Shown here in pieces: positions 25,004 to 34,854 of a stretch of 64,000 bases of DNA. Made by a program: the position numbers and the translations under genes. The stretch is taken from the IMG/VR virus record IMGVR_UViG_3300013099_000020; one strand, 5' to 3'. Source of the DNA: a virus. A model generated the notes under the pieces. It saw only the letters and a list, made by a program, of their open reading frames with translations, was not told the DNA's origin and made no database searches. The first letter of the stretch is position 1, and the number at the start of each line of letters is the position of its first letter.

Positions 25004-25737
25004 AGATTTCTGTTGATGTGAAGAAAGTCCTCCAGGAGATCGACCTGGACACCGGAGTGACTTCTAACTTCCTGGTCTTCGTGATCGGAGGTGTGGAGCA
25101 GGTGGTTCCGGCCACCGAAGAGCAGCTCCAGGAAGCCATCTACGAGGCTACCGTCCAGAACGATGTGGTCCCCGAGCGTGCTGTTCGGAGAGAGCCTCCC
25201 CGTATCGGGGCTGTCGGGGAGATCCCCCAGGAGGAGTCCTCGCACTTCGTCGATGAGCTGCTGGAGGAACCCATCAGTGATGGGGATAACCCTTTCGCTG
25301 AGGTGAATGCCCCCGTCACCTACGAAGAGATGGCGGAGTTCCATACCGGAGGGGCCTCGGTCATCCCCATGAATGTTGACCTCGTCTCCGATGATGACAC
25401 GGAAGGGGTTGTCTTCGAGGAGATCATGCAGCGCGGAGGGACCAACCCGGATGCTCCCCTATCCGGGCCGCAGCAGCGGCAGCAGAACATCCAAGAGCGC
25501 CATCAGGCAGGCATCCCCCAGAGCCGGAAGCAGACCATTGCCGCTCTCCGGAAGAAGGCCAAGGAGCGTCCTGCACGGCGGTTGCCGCCCCATCAGGTGG
25601 ACGAGGCCGGGAACCCTAAGAACGTCCCCCAGGTTGAGCCGGCACAGCCCGCGATGCGTCAGCAAGACCAGGAGGTTCGGCTCACCAACGGTCCCGCACC
25701 TCGGGGGTTTGACGACGACGGCTTCGAGCAGGGGTGA
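25000..25737 (+). CDS. hypothetical acidic protein
   Basis: ATG at 25000 in frame with the 24757 ORF; overlaps the previous stop. Confidence 0.45.
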   Translation: MKISVDVKKVLQEIDLDTGVTSNFLVFVIGGVEQVVPATEEQLQEAIYEATVQNDVVPERAVRREPPRIGAVGEIPQEESSHFVDELLEEPISDGDNPFAEVNAPVTYEEMAEFHTGGASVIPMNVDLVSDDDTEGVVFEEIMQRGGTNPDAPLSGPQQRQQNIQERHQAGIPQSRKQTIAALRKKAKERPARRLPPHQVDEAGNPKNVPQVEPAQPAMRQQDQEVRLTNGPAPRGFDDDGFEQG

Positions 25738-26357
25738 TGCAGCTCCACTACACACGGCTGGAGTACGGGAGCTACGAGTACCGCCTCGAATGGTGGGACC
25801 CGGAGACAGGAGAGGACCATCTTCTAGAGCCCAAGAAGCCTGAGGAGCGGAGCCAGATGATCACGTCGCTATGCGGGTGTATTCTCCTCAACCCACCCAA
25901 GCAGGTGGAGATCTTCATCGAAGGTTCCAAGACTCCGCTATGCCTGAACCACCAGACGGTGCAGGACATTGCCGATGGGAAGCGTAAGCCGCAGGACCTC
26001 ACCTTCGGCGTGTCGCAGTACACGCCCTACACGAAGATGCGGGAAGCGGTCAGTAGGTGGTTCGTGCTGCGACCTATGCCTGGCCAGCAAGACATGTTCG
26101 AGTGCCCTGCTTGTGGGCGAGGCGCTCACCTCGAAGGGAGCCTGCACTGTGACAAGTGCGGACTCACGTTCATCACCTCGGCCAAGTACTGGGGGGTCTC
26201 AGCCGACCTCCTGGACTCTCTGTTCACGAACAAGGATCGCGATCGGTATTACATCGACCGTCCTTGGAACGCTCACCCTCCCTGGATGTCCAGGGAGGTT
26301 TTGACCAAGACCCTAGGACTCTACACGGACGTCGTGAGGGCATTTTCGGAGGAATGA
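25734..26357 (+). CDS. hypothetical zinc-ribbon protein (CPACG...CDKCG)
   Basis: ORF. Confidence 0.5.
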   Translation: MMQLHYTRLEYGSYEYRLEWWDPETGEDHLLEPKKPEERSQMITSLCGCILLNPPKQVEIFIEGSKTPLCLNHQTVQDIADGKRKPQDLTFGVSQYTPYTKMREAVSRWFVLRPMPGQQDMFECPACGRGAHLEGSLHCDKCGLTFITSAKYWGVSADLLDSLFTNKDRDRYYIDRPWNAHPPWMSREVLTKTLGLYTDVVRAFSEE

Positions 26358-26725
26358 TGGGAACGATTCACGACTACAAGAACCGCGATCAGTACCGCGA
26401 GGGCATGCCGAACACTGTCATCTCTGTGGCCAAGGTGGATCGCTACGCGGTCAAGTACACCACCGCCGAGGGCAAGGAGACCATGTGTCTCGTCGACTGC
26501 TTCGGGAAGCTGGCCGATGGAGAGCTAGGCATCTTCATCATCGCAAACGAGAGGGAGATGACTGAGCGCCTGCGGCGCCCCGGTCCGAACCAGCTCGCTC
26601 AGATCCGAGGCAAGATCGCGGACATGATTCCATCGACGATGGATGAGCTGCCCGGTGACCCCGTGCCCGGTGTGGCCGAGGCTCTCGATGATGTCGTGCC
26701 ATCCGATGAGGAAGCGACGGGATGA
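26354..26725 (+). CDS. hypothetical protein
   Basis: ATG at 26354 after GGAGG; ATGA overlap with the previous stop. Confidence 0.45.
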   Translation: MMGTIHDYKNRDQYREGMPNTVISVAKVDRYAVKYTTAEGKETMCLVDCFGKLADGELGIFIIANEREMTERLRRPGPNQLAQIRGKIADMIPSTMDELPGDPVPGVAEALDDVVPSDEEATG

Positions 26726-27123
26726 GACATCCGGCCGACACCTTCGAGTTCAAGGATGGGACGAAGCTCCGACTGATGAACGAAAGCGTTCTGGTCAAGA
26801 TGGATCCCGAGGCTGAGGAAACCTCAGGGGGTATCCTCAAGCCTGACGGTGCGGTCGAACACATCTACATGACCGGCACCATCCTGGCCTTCGGGTGGGT
26901 CCTGGAGAAGAAGCTCGAAGGGACATCCAAGACCAAGTCGCTGGAGAAGCCCTACCCAGTCCCGAACATCGAGCCAGGGCTGAAGTGCTGCTTCATCCGC
27001 TACCGGCGGTGGCAAGACACCAACAAGCAGCTCCGGCATATGTTCGGGGATGACATCATCAGCCTGAAGCCGGAGGATATGATCTTCGTCTTTCCGGCTG
27101 GTGAAGAATACGAACTGGGGTAG
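26722..27123 (+). CDS. GroES/Cpn10-like co-chaperonin (T4 gp31-like)
   Basis: VLVKMDPEAEETSGGILKPDGA....GTILAFG...GDDIISLKPEDMIFVF matches the Cpn10 pattern (V.VK..E.E..T.GGI.LP......G.VLAVG...GD.V.F). Confidence 0.55.
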   Translation: MRHPADTFEFKDGTKLRLMNESVLVKMDPEAEETSGGILKPDGAVEHIYMTGTILAFGWVLEKKLEGTSKTKSLEKPYPVPNIEPGLKCCFIRYRRWQDTNKQLRHMFGDDIISLKPEDMIFVFPAGEEYELG

Positions 27124-27132
27124 CATGGGCAG

Positions 27133-27534
27133 ATGACTACGGCGGAGGACTGGGCCACCCGACAGGCCCATGAGGATTTCGAGCGCAAGCGGCTCAACAG
27201 AGCTTTCCTCGACACACCTTCGGGGTGGCACCGAGGCACTCCCCAGCCGGTATGGCACAAGCCGGAGGGGAGGTGTCAGCTGGTGTTCGAGGGCATGGGC
27301 CTCCGTCTTTTTGCTGCCTGCCCGGTGGTGCCTAGTGACCCAGGGTACGACCTGGAGAACGAGCTTCTCATCCTCTCCCTCATCTGTATCGATGGCTCCA
27401 CGCCCAACGAAGCGCAGCGGGCAGCTTTCCAGCAAGCGTTCTTCCCCGACGTGGGTGCGGCACTTCTTGCTGTGGGTCGATCACCCATGGGAGTGTTTAC
27501 ATACCATCTTCCTATGCCCGTTGTGCTAGGATAG
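27133..27534 (+). CDS. hypothetical protein
   Basis: ORF. Confidence 0.45.
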   Translation: MTTAEDWATRQAHEDFERKRLNRAFLDTPSGWHRGTPQPVWHKPEGRCQLVFEGMGLRLFAACPVVPSDPGYDLENELLILSLICIDGSTPNEAQRAAFQQAFFPDVGAALLAVGRSPMGVFTYHLPMPVVLG

Positions 27535-27635
27535 GGGACCTAGTTCCCCCATGCGCCCTCGGCCCTTTTGGCTGGGGGCGCACTCATCTGGGTTGACGGT
27601 TCCGCTGAAGTAGGGGCTGGTGCTACTCTTGCGGC

Positions 27636-29468
27636 ATGGCCGAGTATCGCATCGATCAGGCAACCCCGGGAGCAGGCGTACCCAACGTCGCTCGGCATGA
27701 CCTTATCGCCGGGGAGATTCTTACGCTGACAGCCATTTCGCCGGCCCCAGGAGCCGGCGTCAGCTACCTCTGGGAGATTGTCGACAAGATAGGGTCGACA
27801 GCGACCCTGAGCGCCACCACTGGGGCCTCCGTCACCATCGGCCCAGGTGGCTCCATCGTCCAGCCCTGCGGCTTCCAGGTCCGCCTCACAGCCAACGACA
27901 ATGGGGTCATCACCGTCGTCGAGCGGGTCTTCAGCGTCACGACAACCAACCTCGGGCTGAGAGTTCCTCTGTTCGCTGAGACTTCGCCCCCTGAAGCCGA
28001 TCTGGGGTCGAACGATCCCGACGCCTCGACCGACAATGCGGTCTATGTCGATCGGGCTGGGCTGGGCGTCGCCGACCAGAACTGGCGCGGCTGGGCAGAG
28101 TGGGCCTATCGAATCACCATTGCGCTGGATGCTGCCTCGGGTGGGGCCGTAGACACGGATGCCATCCACGATAATGTGGCAGCGGAGATCTCCGCCATCA
28201 CCGAGAAGGTGATTCCGGTTGCAGGCGATCACCTCCTTATCGAGGACAGTGCAAACCTCAACAACAAGAAGCGGGTTCAGATTGGGAACCTCCCCTCCAG
28301 CGCCAGCTCTCAGCAGGATACCTACGACGTAGGCGCGGGCATCGTCCAGACCGATGCTGGCGGGAAGGTGGAGATCGACGACACGGGGACCACCGTTCCG
28401 ACGGACGGGTTCAGTGTTCGTAAGACGACCACCGATGGCGTCGCTGCCTTCTTCCGAAACGAGCAGGTGGGTGGGGCCAACACAGCCCTCCTTACATCTG
28501 GCAAGTCAGCATTCGTCGCACCGTCCGCAGCTCAGGTGGGGGACGTAGGGCACACGTTTGCCCCGGGACGTACGGAGACTCAGGGCGCCCGGAAGGTGAC
28601 CCTGCCCTGGGCGGTGGACGAGTCGTTCGCGGCCATCGGCGGGAACTTCAACTTCATCATCACCGATGGTGATCCCGATGCGCACGTCACATCGGGTGAC
28701 CCAGGATCACTGGCAATCAATCCGACCTCGGGTTCGATCTACAAGAAGACATCGAACCCTTCTTCGTGGGAAGAGCTTGGAGGGGCAGACCTTCCGGAAG
28801 ATAATGAGGTTACCCACGCCACCAACACTACGGTGCTTGGGACCACCTATGTGCTCGTGGGGTCTGTGTACCTCCCGGCGGGAACCATCACAGCCGCTGA
28901 CAGCCGAGTCATGCTTGGCACAGATCAAGTTGCGGATACGGCTGATCTTCAGATTCGACGATTCACGGGCGGCGCAGTCATCGCCACGATCTCTGCAACG
29001 GGGGTGCTCCAGGAAGCGCAGCCCGGCGGGAACATCACTGTCCCAGCAGATGACTGGTACGATCTCTACCTCAAAGCCGATGTTGTCACGACCAATGCCC
29101 TCCTTCGGGGGCTGAGGTTCGTCTATACCCTCAACGCCGGTACTCGGATTCGACAGGCGTTCAATCAGACACAGACGGGTACCACGCCGCTTCTCATAGG
29201 CTCGGTTTATCTGCCCGCAGGCACGCTCCAAGCTACGGCGAAGTGCATGCTGGGTACCTTGGCAGGAGGCACAGCCACTATTGAGCTTAGGCGGTTCACG
29301 GGAGGAGCAGCCATCACGACGTGGACGGCTACCGGGGCTCTTCAAAACTCGGTTCTCGGAGGCAGTGTCGTCACCCCGGCAGACGATTGGTACGACCTCT
29401 ACCTCTACGGCGACGCAGGTCCCACGGTCGCGATTCTCAAGGGCCTTGATTGGACGGTGTTGACATGA
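27636..29468 (+). CDS. tail-fibre-like structural protein with internally duplicated ~90-aa C-terminal domain
   Basis: Two near-identical segments (VLVGSVYLPAGTITAADSRVMLGT...PADDWYDLYLKAD and LLIGSVYLPAGTLQATAKCMLGT...PADDWYDLYLYGD); Gly/Thr-rich beta-type composition. Confidence 0.5.
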   Translation: MAEYRIDQATPGAGVPNVARHDLIAGEILTLTAISPAPGAGVSYLWEIVDKIGSTATLSATTGASVTIGPGGSIVQPCGFQVRLTANDNGVITVVERVFSVTTTNLGLRVPLFAETSPPEADLGSNDPDASTDNAVYVDRAGLGVADQNWRGWAEWAYRITIALDAASGGAVDTDAIHDNVAAEISAITEKVIPVAGDHLLIEDSANLNNKKRVQIGNLPSSASSQQDTYDVGAGIVQTDAGGKVEIDDTGTTVPTDGFSVRKTTTDGVAAFFRNEQVGGANTALLTSGKSAFVAPSAAQVGDVGHTFAPGRTETQGARKVTLPWAVDESFAAIGGNFNFIITDGDPDAHVTSGDPGSLAINPTSGSIYKKTSNPSSWEELGGADLPEDNEVTHATNTTVLGTTYVLVGSVYLPAGTITAADSRVMLGTDQVADTADLQIRRFTGGAVIATISATGVLQEAQPGGNITVPADDWYDLYLKADVVTTNALLRGLRFVYTLNAGTRIRQAFNQTQTGTTPLLIGSVYLPAGTLQATAKCMLGTLAGGTATIELRRFTGGAAITTWTATGALQNSVLGGSVVTPADDWYDLYLYGDAGPTVAILKGLDWTVLT

Positions 29469-30484
29469 CCTGGCAGTTCACACCCAATGTTGCTGGCACC
29501 AGCACCTCGGACAACACGGGCCTGGCCCTTCGTGCGCTCTGGGATCTCATGTTGCTACACGGCACGCACGAGATTGTCGGTAGCAGCGATGGTGTCGCGA
29601 CATTTGCGAATGAGGGAGACACCGCTGGCCCCTACGACTTCACGACCATTGGAGCGACGTGGGGAACGGGCAATGCGGGCGAGTGGTCGAACACCGAAGC
29701 GTGGCTTCGGTTGCGCGAGGTGGGCACAACGAGGGAGTGGATCTTCTGGCGGTACTTGAGTGTCGCTTCATACTCGAACCGCATCACGATCGCGTTTTCG
29801 CCCACAGGCTTCGTGTCCACTGGCACGGCGGACGCGAACACCCCTCCTGATGCGCCGTTGGACATGGTGCTGATTCACGGAACAGCTTACGCCGGAACCG
29901 CTGGCGCCTGGGGGCCGTCGCAGGGGGTAGCGTGTACGATGCACGTAGCTGTCAACGATGCCCAGGGGGCCGTTGGCGCTGGCGGCACCCATGCGTTCTA
30001 TCTTTTCGGGGTCAATACCGCAACGAAGTCGGCTCAAGGGTTTTGGTTTGTCGATTCGCTAGTGGATGGCATTGCTGGCGACACTCAGGCGTGGGCAACG
30101 CTCACCACAGGAGTGCCAACTACCGCGCCCGTGGATAGCGTCCTAGATGGCAAGGTCGGCACGTACCGCGATTTCGGTGGAGCTAATGAGGCGTGGCTAG
30201 ACGGCCGTAGTGGTGGGGGTGCCTCTCCTGCGATCGTGGAGGCCGATGGCACGGTCCTCTTCCCCGGGGGCTGTCCGACGCAAGATGATGGCAATGCGCG
30301 CACGGGGGAGATCCACCTAGCCAGGGCTCAAGACGGCATCTACCGTGGCAAACTGGAGAACGTGGTTTGGAAAGACACCACCGCCCGCGTCTACCCGACT
30401 ACGGCGCACCTGGCCACCGCAGACGCCAAAGTCTACGTAGGCGACCTACTGCTTCCTTGGCCGCAAGGCGTGGCCCCAATCTAA
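29465..30484 (+). CDS. receptor-binding / tail-fibre-like protein, distant paralog of the next two large genes
   Basis: ATG at 29465; shares the C-terminal pattern (TDAKVYVGDLLLPWPQGVAPI vs TDAYIYLEDSLVPWEDGTLPLV). Confidence 0.5.
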   Translation: MTWQFTPNVAGTSTSDNTGLALRALWDLMLLHGTHEIVGSSDGVATFANEGDTAGPYDFTTIGATWGTGNAGEWSNTEAWLRLREVGTTREWIFWRYLSVASYSNRITIAFSPTGFVSTGTADANTPPDAPLDMVLIHGTAYAGTAGAWGPSQGVACTMHVAVNDAQGAVGAGGTHAFYLFGVNTATKSAQGFWFVDSLVDGIAGDTQAWATLTTGVPTTAPVDSVLDGKVGTYRDFGGANEAWLDGRSGGGASPAIVEADGTVLFPGGCPTQDDGNARTGEIHLARAQDGIYRGKLENVVWKDTTARVYPTTAHLATADAKVYVGDLLLPWPQGVAPI

Positions 30485-30487
30485 GCC

Positions 30488-30745
30488 ATGGCCGACTTCA
30501 CTGACACTGTAGCGACCGCCCTGGAGACCACCATGGTCGGGCACTACAATACTGATGCCGTAGATCTGGTCTACCCCGGAGGGGTGCCGACGTACTACTT
30601 CCAGCGGCTCTACGACACCGGAACGGGGGACTGGGTCTACTACACCAAGACGTCGATCGACCCTGCCCCCCTGGCCTCCGAGACGACCCCCAACTACACC
30701 GGGGCGATCAGTGCTCATTCCATCGTCACGATCACTGCTGACTGA
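30488..30745 (+). CDS. small protein paralogous to 32881..33171 (tail-fibre accessory or chaperone?)
   Basis: YYFQRLYDTGTGDWVYYTKTSIDPAPLA vs KYLQRLWDTGLGAYVYFTRESTDPTTPALA. Confidence 0.45.
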   Translation: MADFTDTVATALETTMVGHYNTDAVDLVYPGGVPTYYFQRLYDTGTGDWVYYTKTSIDPAPLASETTPNYTGAISAHSIVTITAD

Positions 30746-30754
30746 GAGACCAAA

Positions 30755-31804
30755 ATGGCAAAAGTAACCAGCGTAAATCTCCTCCCGACATCGGGCTCAG
30801 ACGCGATCTTCTTGCTCAAGGAGGTGTTGGTGCTTGCAGGGTGGGTGGTGCCTTCTTCAAGTGATGGCACCACCTACAACGCTGCTGGAGACCAAATCAC
30901 GCACTCCGGGTCGGGGGCAAATGGCTTGGCCAACTCGAATGCCTGGTTCCGACTTCGGAGTCCTGCTGGGCGCGAGTACACCTACCAGCGAGACACGATC
31001 TACCACTACCAATGGAGAATCAAGTACAGTGCGCTCGATCAGTTTGTTGGGGGATCACCCGACGCTATCGAGACTCCTTCAGCTAGTGATGAGCAGATCA
31101 TCATTGGCACGGGCACTGATGCGTCCCCCACGCATCACTCCTTTTTCGATTCTGCTGCTGGGTCTTTCCGGTGGCACATCATCGCTCAAGATGCTGCGAC
31201 GGGGCCCGCAGGCAACGAGGTCTACGGGTTCTGGGCCTTCGCTACCGAGGTGAGCACGGGTGATCTCGAAACCGTTCTCATGCAGGAGCCCACGGATCCT
31301 GGCAGCTACCCGGCACTCGTAGGGACACGTGCTGCGCCGATCACTGGGGACCCTGACCCAGTCATCATCATCTTCCAGCACAGTGGGTCGAAGGGCCATA
31401 TGAGGCACACACAAGGTACCTCAAGGGGGTGGTCCGACCAGGTCGTGTCATCCAACAGCAAGAGGTATTGGTTTCAGTACAACAACACGAACGAGGGGGC
31501 GGAGGCTTTTGTGGGAGGCCAAGGGGGTATGTGGATCGGGGACAACTCACCGGCAGCCGCGCACATGCCTGGGCACATGGGTGCGAACCCCTACGACAAC
31601 TCGGAAGAAGGTTTTGGCTTCCTTTTCGGACGGCCGGGGCTCGGGTATACGACGCAAGTAGGCTCGAAAGGCATCCCAGCCTTCATTCGAGTGAAAGCAG
31701 TGAACCGGGAGTACCCAAGCGTCATCAACCTCAATACCGACGCCTACATATACCTCGAAGACAGTCTCGTACCTTGGGAAGATGGCACGCTACCGCTCGT
31801 GTGA
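30755..31804 (+). CDS. receptor-binding / tail-fibre-like protein (paralog A)
   Basis: Shares long blocks with 31814..32878: WRIKYSALD, HIIAQDAATGP, SYPALVGTRAAP, GDPDPV, KYWFQYNNTN, GAEAFV, GDNSP. Confidence 0.55.
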   Translation: MAKVTSVNLLPTSGSDAIFLLKEVLVLAGWVVPSSSDGTTYNAAGDQITHSGSGANGLANSNAWFRLRSPAGREYTYQRDTIYHYQWRIKYSALDQFVGGSPDAIETPSASDEQIIIGTGTDASPTHHSFFDSAAGSFRWHIIAQDAATGPAGNEVYGFWAFATEVSTGDLETVLMQEPTDPGSYPALVGTRAAPITGDPDPVIIIFQHSGSKGHMRHTQGTSRGWSDQVVSSNSKRYWFQYNNTNEGAEAFVGGQGGMWIGDNSPAAAHMPGHMGANPYDNSEEGFGFLFGRPGLGYTTQVGSKGIPAFIRVKAVNREYPSVINLNTDAYIYLEDSLVPWEDGTLPLV

Positions 31805-31813
31805 GAGAAGGCC

Positions 31814-32878
31814 ATGGCAAAGATCACAGACGTAAATAACAACGGCATCAACGGGTCCGCAGCGATCTTCCGTCTCAAGGCCGTACTGAAAGCGGCTGGC
31901 TGGACCGTCACACAATCGAGTGATGGTACGACATACAATGCCTCCGGGGACCAGATTTCAATCGAAGGGGCGGGTGCTGGTGGAATGGAGAACACCAATG
32001 CCTGGTTCGAGATCCAAGATCCAGCGGGTGGGCGCGAGCTTAGCATCCAGCGTGGTACGACCAACGTTGCGTGGCGGATCAAGTACAGCGCGCTCGACAC
32101 CTTCTCTGCGGGTTCTCCCGGGGCCACACAGGTCGGGGCCACGGCGGGTGGTCCGGGAGATGACGAGCAGATCCTCCATGGTGCCGGCACCGACGCGAGC
32201 CCCACGTTCTCGACGCTCTTCGCATCGGCCAGTACTTTTTATTGGCATGTCATCGCTCAGGATGCTGCCACGGGTCCAGTGGGTAACGAGTCCTATCCAT
32301 TTTGGGCGTTCGCTACGCATGATGGGTCGGGCGAAATACGCACCACCATCTTCTGTGAGGTGATGGACCCCGATAGCTACCCGGCACTCGTAGGGACACG
32401 CGCCGCTCCCACCACCGGAGACCCCGACCCCGTTGTGCTGTGTGTTCAGTACGATTCGAGTGGTGGGGGGATTTTCAAGCTATCCCAAGGGGCCACCAAT
32501 GGGTGGTGTGAGACTACTGCAACCAACAAGAAGAAGTATTGGTTTCAGTACAACAACACGAACAGTGGAGCCGAGGCGTTTGTGCAGGGTCATGGCGGAG
32601 GTACAATCCTTGGAGACAACTCCCCCACTGTAACGCTTTCGCGGAACTTCCCGAGCAACCCCTATGACGGGTCAGATCAAGTGCTTCAGTTCCTACTCGC
32701 ACGCACGGGGGCGGCGTATACCACTCAGCTTGGCCTAAAGGGCTACCCCATGTTCATGAGGTCGCGCACCATCTCTGGTCGTGCATACCCGGACACGCTT
32801 TCTCTGGCCACTGACGCCTACGTCTACGTCGAGGACACCTTGATTCCCTGGGAAGACAACACAACTCCGATCGTATAA
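31814..32878 (+). CDS. receptor-binding / tail-fibre-like protein (paralog B, tandem duplicate)
   Basis: As above; the same GAGAAGGCCATGGCAAAG start context as paralog A. Confidence 0.55.
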   Translation: MAKITDVNNNGINGSAAIFRLKAVLKAAGWTVTQSSDGTTYNASGDQISIEGAGAGGMENTNAWFEIQDPAGGRELSIQRGTTNVAWRIKYSALDTFSAGSPGATQVGATAGGPGDDEQILHGAGTDASPTFSTLFASASTFYWHVIAQDAATGPVGNESYPFWAFATHDGSGEIRTTIFCEVMDPDSYPALVGTRAAPTTGDPDPVVLCVQYDSSGGGIFKLSQGATNGWCETTATNKKKYWFQYNNTNSGAEAFVQGHGGGTILGDNSPTVTLSRNFPSNPYDGSDQVLQFLLARTGAAYTTQLGLKGYPMFMRSRTISGRAYPDTLSLATDAYVYVEDTLIPWEDNTTPIV

Positions 32879-32880
32879 TC

Positions 32881-33171
32881 ATGGCAGATTTTTCAGCACT
32901 CCTGACTTCGGAAACCACCTTCTTCGGCAAGGTAGGCAATGGGGGAGTAGGCGTCCTGGTGCCTGTGGTTACTCTCTTCGGTGAGTCTCCTGGAGTGGTG
33001 GCACCGACTAAGTACCTCCAGCGCCTATGGGACACGGGCTTGGGCGCCTACGTCTACTTCACCCGAGAGTCTACAGACCCGACCACCCCCGCACTGGCGA
33101 CAGGGGACACCCAGCCCACCAATACAGGTGCTTTCGATTTCGCTAACCACGCGCTCTTGGCGGAGATTTGA
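32881..33171 (+). CDS. small protein paralogous to 30488..30745
   Basis: See 30488..30745. Confidence 0.45.
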   Translation: MADFSALLTSETTFFGKVGNGGVGVLVPVVTLFGESPGVVAPTKYLQRLWDTGLGAYVYFTRESTDPTTPALATGDTQPTNTGAFDFANHALLAEI

Positions 33172-33174
33172 GCG

Positions 33175-33331
33175 GTGATCGAGCGTGCTATTCTACTTCT
33201 TGTACTGTTGGCTTCGTGCGCAAGCTCCCCACCGCCTGGGCCTGTGTGCGTGGTCTCTGGTTGTGCTCCTGACCAGCGTTTCGATGCTGATCATTGCCGT
33301 TGCGTGCTGAGAGACGATGCGAGCCTTGAGT
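33175..33331 (+). CDS. small Cys-rich lipoprotein (~51 aa; ILLLVLLASC lipobox)
   Basis: GTG start right after the upstream stop; hydrophobic segment ending LASC; stop overlaps the kinase start (TGATG). Confidence 0.35.
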
Positions 33332-34439
33332 GATGGTGATCGACTACCAGAAGTTCTTCGATGCTGCATTCGATCTCCTCTGCGTGGTTGATGCCACTCA
33401 TTTCCTGTCAGTGAATCAGGCGTGGGTTACGGTGCTGGGGTACTCCAAGGAAGAGCTGCTAGGCAGTCCTTGGGAAGACTTCATTCACCCGGAGGACCGG
33501 CAGCGAAGCAGAGATCGGTACGGTCAAGTACCTTCCGAAGGGGCCTTCGTGAATCGGTACATCACCAAGGATGGTGATGTCGTCTGGTTGGAGTGGTCCC
33601 TGCTTCCCCATCAGGACAGTGACTGTGTGCATGCCGTGGCGAGGGATATCAGCAGCTGCAAGGTGGTGGAAGAGCAGCTCGGAAAGTCCGTGCTGAAGCT
33701 CCGTAGGAAGGCGGAGGAGCTGGAAAGATCGAACCGTGACCTGGAGCAGTTCGCCTACGTCGCATCCCACGACCTCCAGACTCCACTGCGCAAGGTCAAG
33801 AACTTCACCATACTCCTACGCCGAGAGTACGGGGACGTGCTGCCCAGCGAGGATGCCCAGAAGTACCTGCGCTTCATCATCAATGGGGCGGAGAAGTCCC
33901 AGGCTCTGATTGATGGACTACTGGCCTTCTCTCGCACTGGACGGCACCTGCGGATAGAGGAGACAGACTTGAACGTCCCCCTCCGAGAAGCACTCTCGAT
34001 CCTTAGCGAGTTCATCCAGGAGCGCGGAGTTTGTGTGACGGCAGACTCACTACCCATAGTACAGTGTGACTCGGTCCTTCTGGCGCGTGTGTTTCAGAAC
34101 TTGGTGGGCAATGCGGTCAAGTTCCGTCACCTCGAACGCCCACCAAGGGTTCATGTGGGTGTCGAAGTTGAGGGCACCGACTGGAAGTTCACAGTAGAAG
34201 ATAATGGAGTCGGTTTTGACCCAAGGCACGCAGAGCGGATTTTCGTAATCTTCCAACGTCTTCCGGGTATAAAGCAGGGGACAGGTCTCGGCCTGGCCCT
34301 CTGCAAGAAGATCATTGAGCAGCATGGTGGCCGCATATGGGCAGAGAGTACCCCCGGGGAAGGCTCTCGGTTCATCTTCACCATTCCGCAGGAATACAAG
34401 AACGGTCATGCATACACTGAACCCCCTGCGCCCCGCTGA
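33332..34439 (+). CDS. cytoplasmic PAS-domain sensor histidine kinase (PAS - HisKA - HATPase_c)
   Basis: PAS-like N-terminus; H-box FAYVASHDLQTPLR; N-box NLVGNAVKF; G1 DNGVGFD; G2 GTGLGLALCKKIIEQHGGRIWAES; no transmembrane segment. Confidence 0.8.
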
Positions 34440-34854
34440 GATCCTTCTCGTAGAAGACGATGAAGGTGATGCTCTTCTGACCGAGAAGGCCCTGGAGATG
34501 GGGGAGATCCCCTTCCACCTTCAGGTAGTGGAGACCGGGGAGGAAGCCCTCGAACTCATCTATGGGGAAACGAAGTTGCGCCCAGACCTCATCTTATTGG
34601 ACCTCAATCTCCCCGGTGTGCAGGGTGGGGAGGTGCTTGAGACCCTCAAGACTGATCTTGAACTGCGTAGGATACCAATCGTTATCCTGACGAGTTCCAG
34701 GTCGGAAAGTGACATTCTTGCTTCATATGAGAGGCACGCAAACACCTATATGGTAAAGCCAGGGGACCCTGACATTTTTGAAAGGGTTGCGCGTACCTTG
34801 GGGGACTACTGGTTCCAGGTCGCGTTGCTGCCTCGGGGGTACTTGTGTCCATAA
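34408..34854 (+). CDS. single-domain CheY-like response regulator
   Basis: ILLVEDDEGD ... LILLDLNLP ... ILTSS ... K: receiver-domain hallmarks with phospho-acceptor Asp in LLDLNLP; start overlaps the kinase 3' end. Confidence 0.75.
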   Translation: MHTLNPLRPAEILLVEDDEGDALLTEKALEMGEIPFHLQVVETGEEALELIYGETKLRPDLILLDLNLPGVQGGEVLETLKTDLELRRIPIVILTSSRSESDILASYERHANTYMVKPGDPDIFERVARTLGDYWFQVALLPRGYLCP

